This document shows, one piece after another, positions 63,661 through 64,000 of a stretch of 64,000 nucleotides of DNA. Under the pieces are notes generated by a model. The model had not been told where the DNA came from. It did no database searches and was given only the letters and a program-made list of their open reading frames with translations. The stretch lies in IMG/VR virus record IMGVR_UViG_3300044614_002617, positions 32,001-96,000 of that record. One strand, given 5' to 3'. The position numbers were made by a program, and so were the translations under genes. Within the stretch, counting starts at the first letter, position 1. The number at the start of each line of letters is the position of its first letter. Source of the DNA: a virus.

Positions 63661-63999
63661 TTAATCAAGGTCTTTTTTAACGCCCAAAGCTTCGTTAATA
63701 ACTCGGCGAGCGTCTGCTTTGTAGTCTACAATACGGTTGATTTCGCGTGCAAGCTTTTTTTCTTGTTCGTCTGTAAGAGAGATTACTCTTTCAAGTGTGA
63801 CTGACTTTGGCTCATAAACCAATGGACAGCCTGACCAAACGACATTGATCTTTACAAATCCACCAAACAAAGAAATATTTTCTTTTTCTTCTTTATTAAC
63901 AAGTTCCTTTGAACAGACGGCCTGCGCAACGCGGTCGGCCGCCTTGGCTTTGACAGCCTCTCTTCCAAACAGCCAGTAGTCATCACGAATTAGCTGACG
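63661..63999 (-). CDS. C-terminal part of a probable second ClpP-like protease (truncated by window end)
   Basis: Frame open to window end: RQLIRDDYWLFGREAVKAKAADRV, matching ClpP RD.W..A.EA....L.D. Confidence 0.55.
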   Translation of the reverse strand, partial: RQLIRDDYWLFGREAVKAKAADRVAQAVCSKELVNKEEKENISLFGGFVKINVVWSGCPLVYEPKSVTLERVISLTDEQEKKLAREINRIVDYKADARRVINEALGVKKDLD

Positions 64000-64000
64000 A

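Noticed and set aside
1-64000. Alternative genetic code (stop-codon reassignment), as in some large phages
   Set aside because: Long genes are intact in code 11, and TAA, TAG and TGA all end genes at sensible boundaries
1-64000. Major capsid protein, terminase, tail sheath, tRNAs
   Set aside because: No ORF or sequence with recognisable motifs; presumably outside the window, though tRNAs could be missed by eye

Overview
A 64-kb slice of a large (jumbo-type) tailed dsDNA phage genome, standard genetic code, densely coding. No rRNA, tRNA, CRISPR array, integrase or transposase was recognised. Head genes are scattered among islands of small accessory ORFs: portal (4312), MuF-like head protein (12279), prohead protease (16755). 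An approximately 33-kb block (18960-52268) encodes many fibre/adhesin-like virion proteins: C1q, collar, S74 chaperone, poly-Gly, beta-propeller, cadherin and coiled-coil repeat proteins. Also present are an SF2 helicase, RecA-like recombinase, GH24 endolysin, GT9 and DUF5672 glycosyltransferase-like genes, HNH and AP2 proteins and two ClpP-like proteases. Two unannotated signals stand out. (1) Five sigma28/FliA-type promoters (TAAAG..CGA(T/A)A, 15-16 nt spacer) head small-gene islands, while structural and replication genes carry sigma70-type promoters. This suggests a programme tuned to a flagellated host state, possibly a Bdellovibrionota attack-phase cell (inference). (2) A recurring hydrophobic-x-K-[S/A/G] motif marks the portal, MuF and protease, and falls at the domain junctions of a GNAT/ART-like/kinase polyprotein and neighbouring Nudix and HExxH proteins. 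This suggests a capsid-packaged, protease-processed set of host-modifying enzymes. All family calls are from motif recognition by eye; no searches were run.
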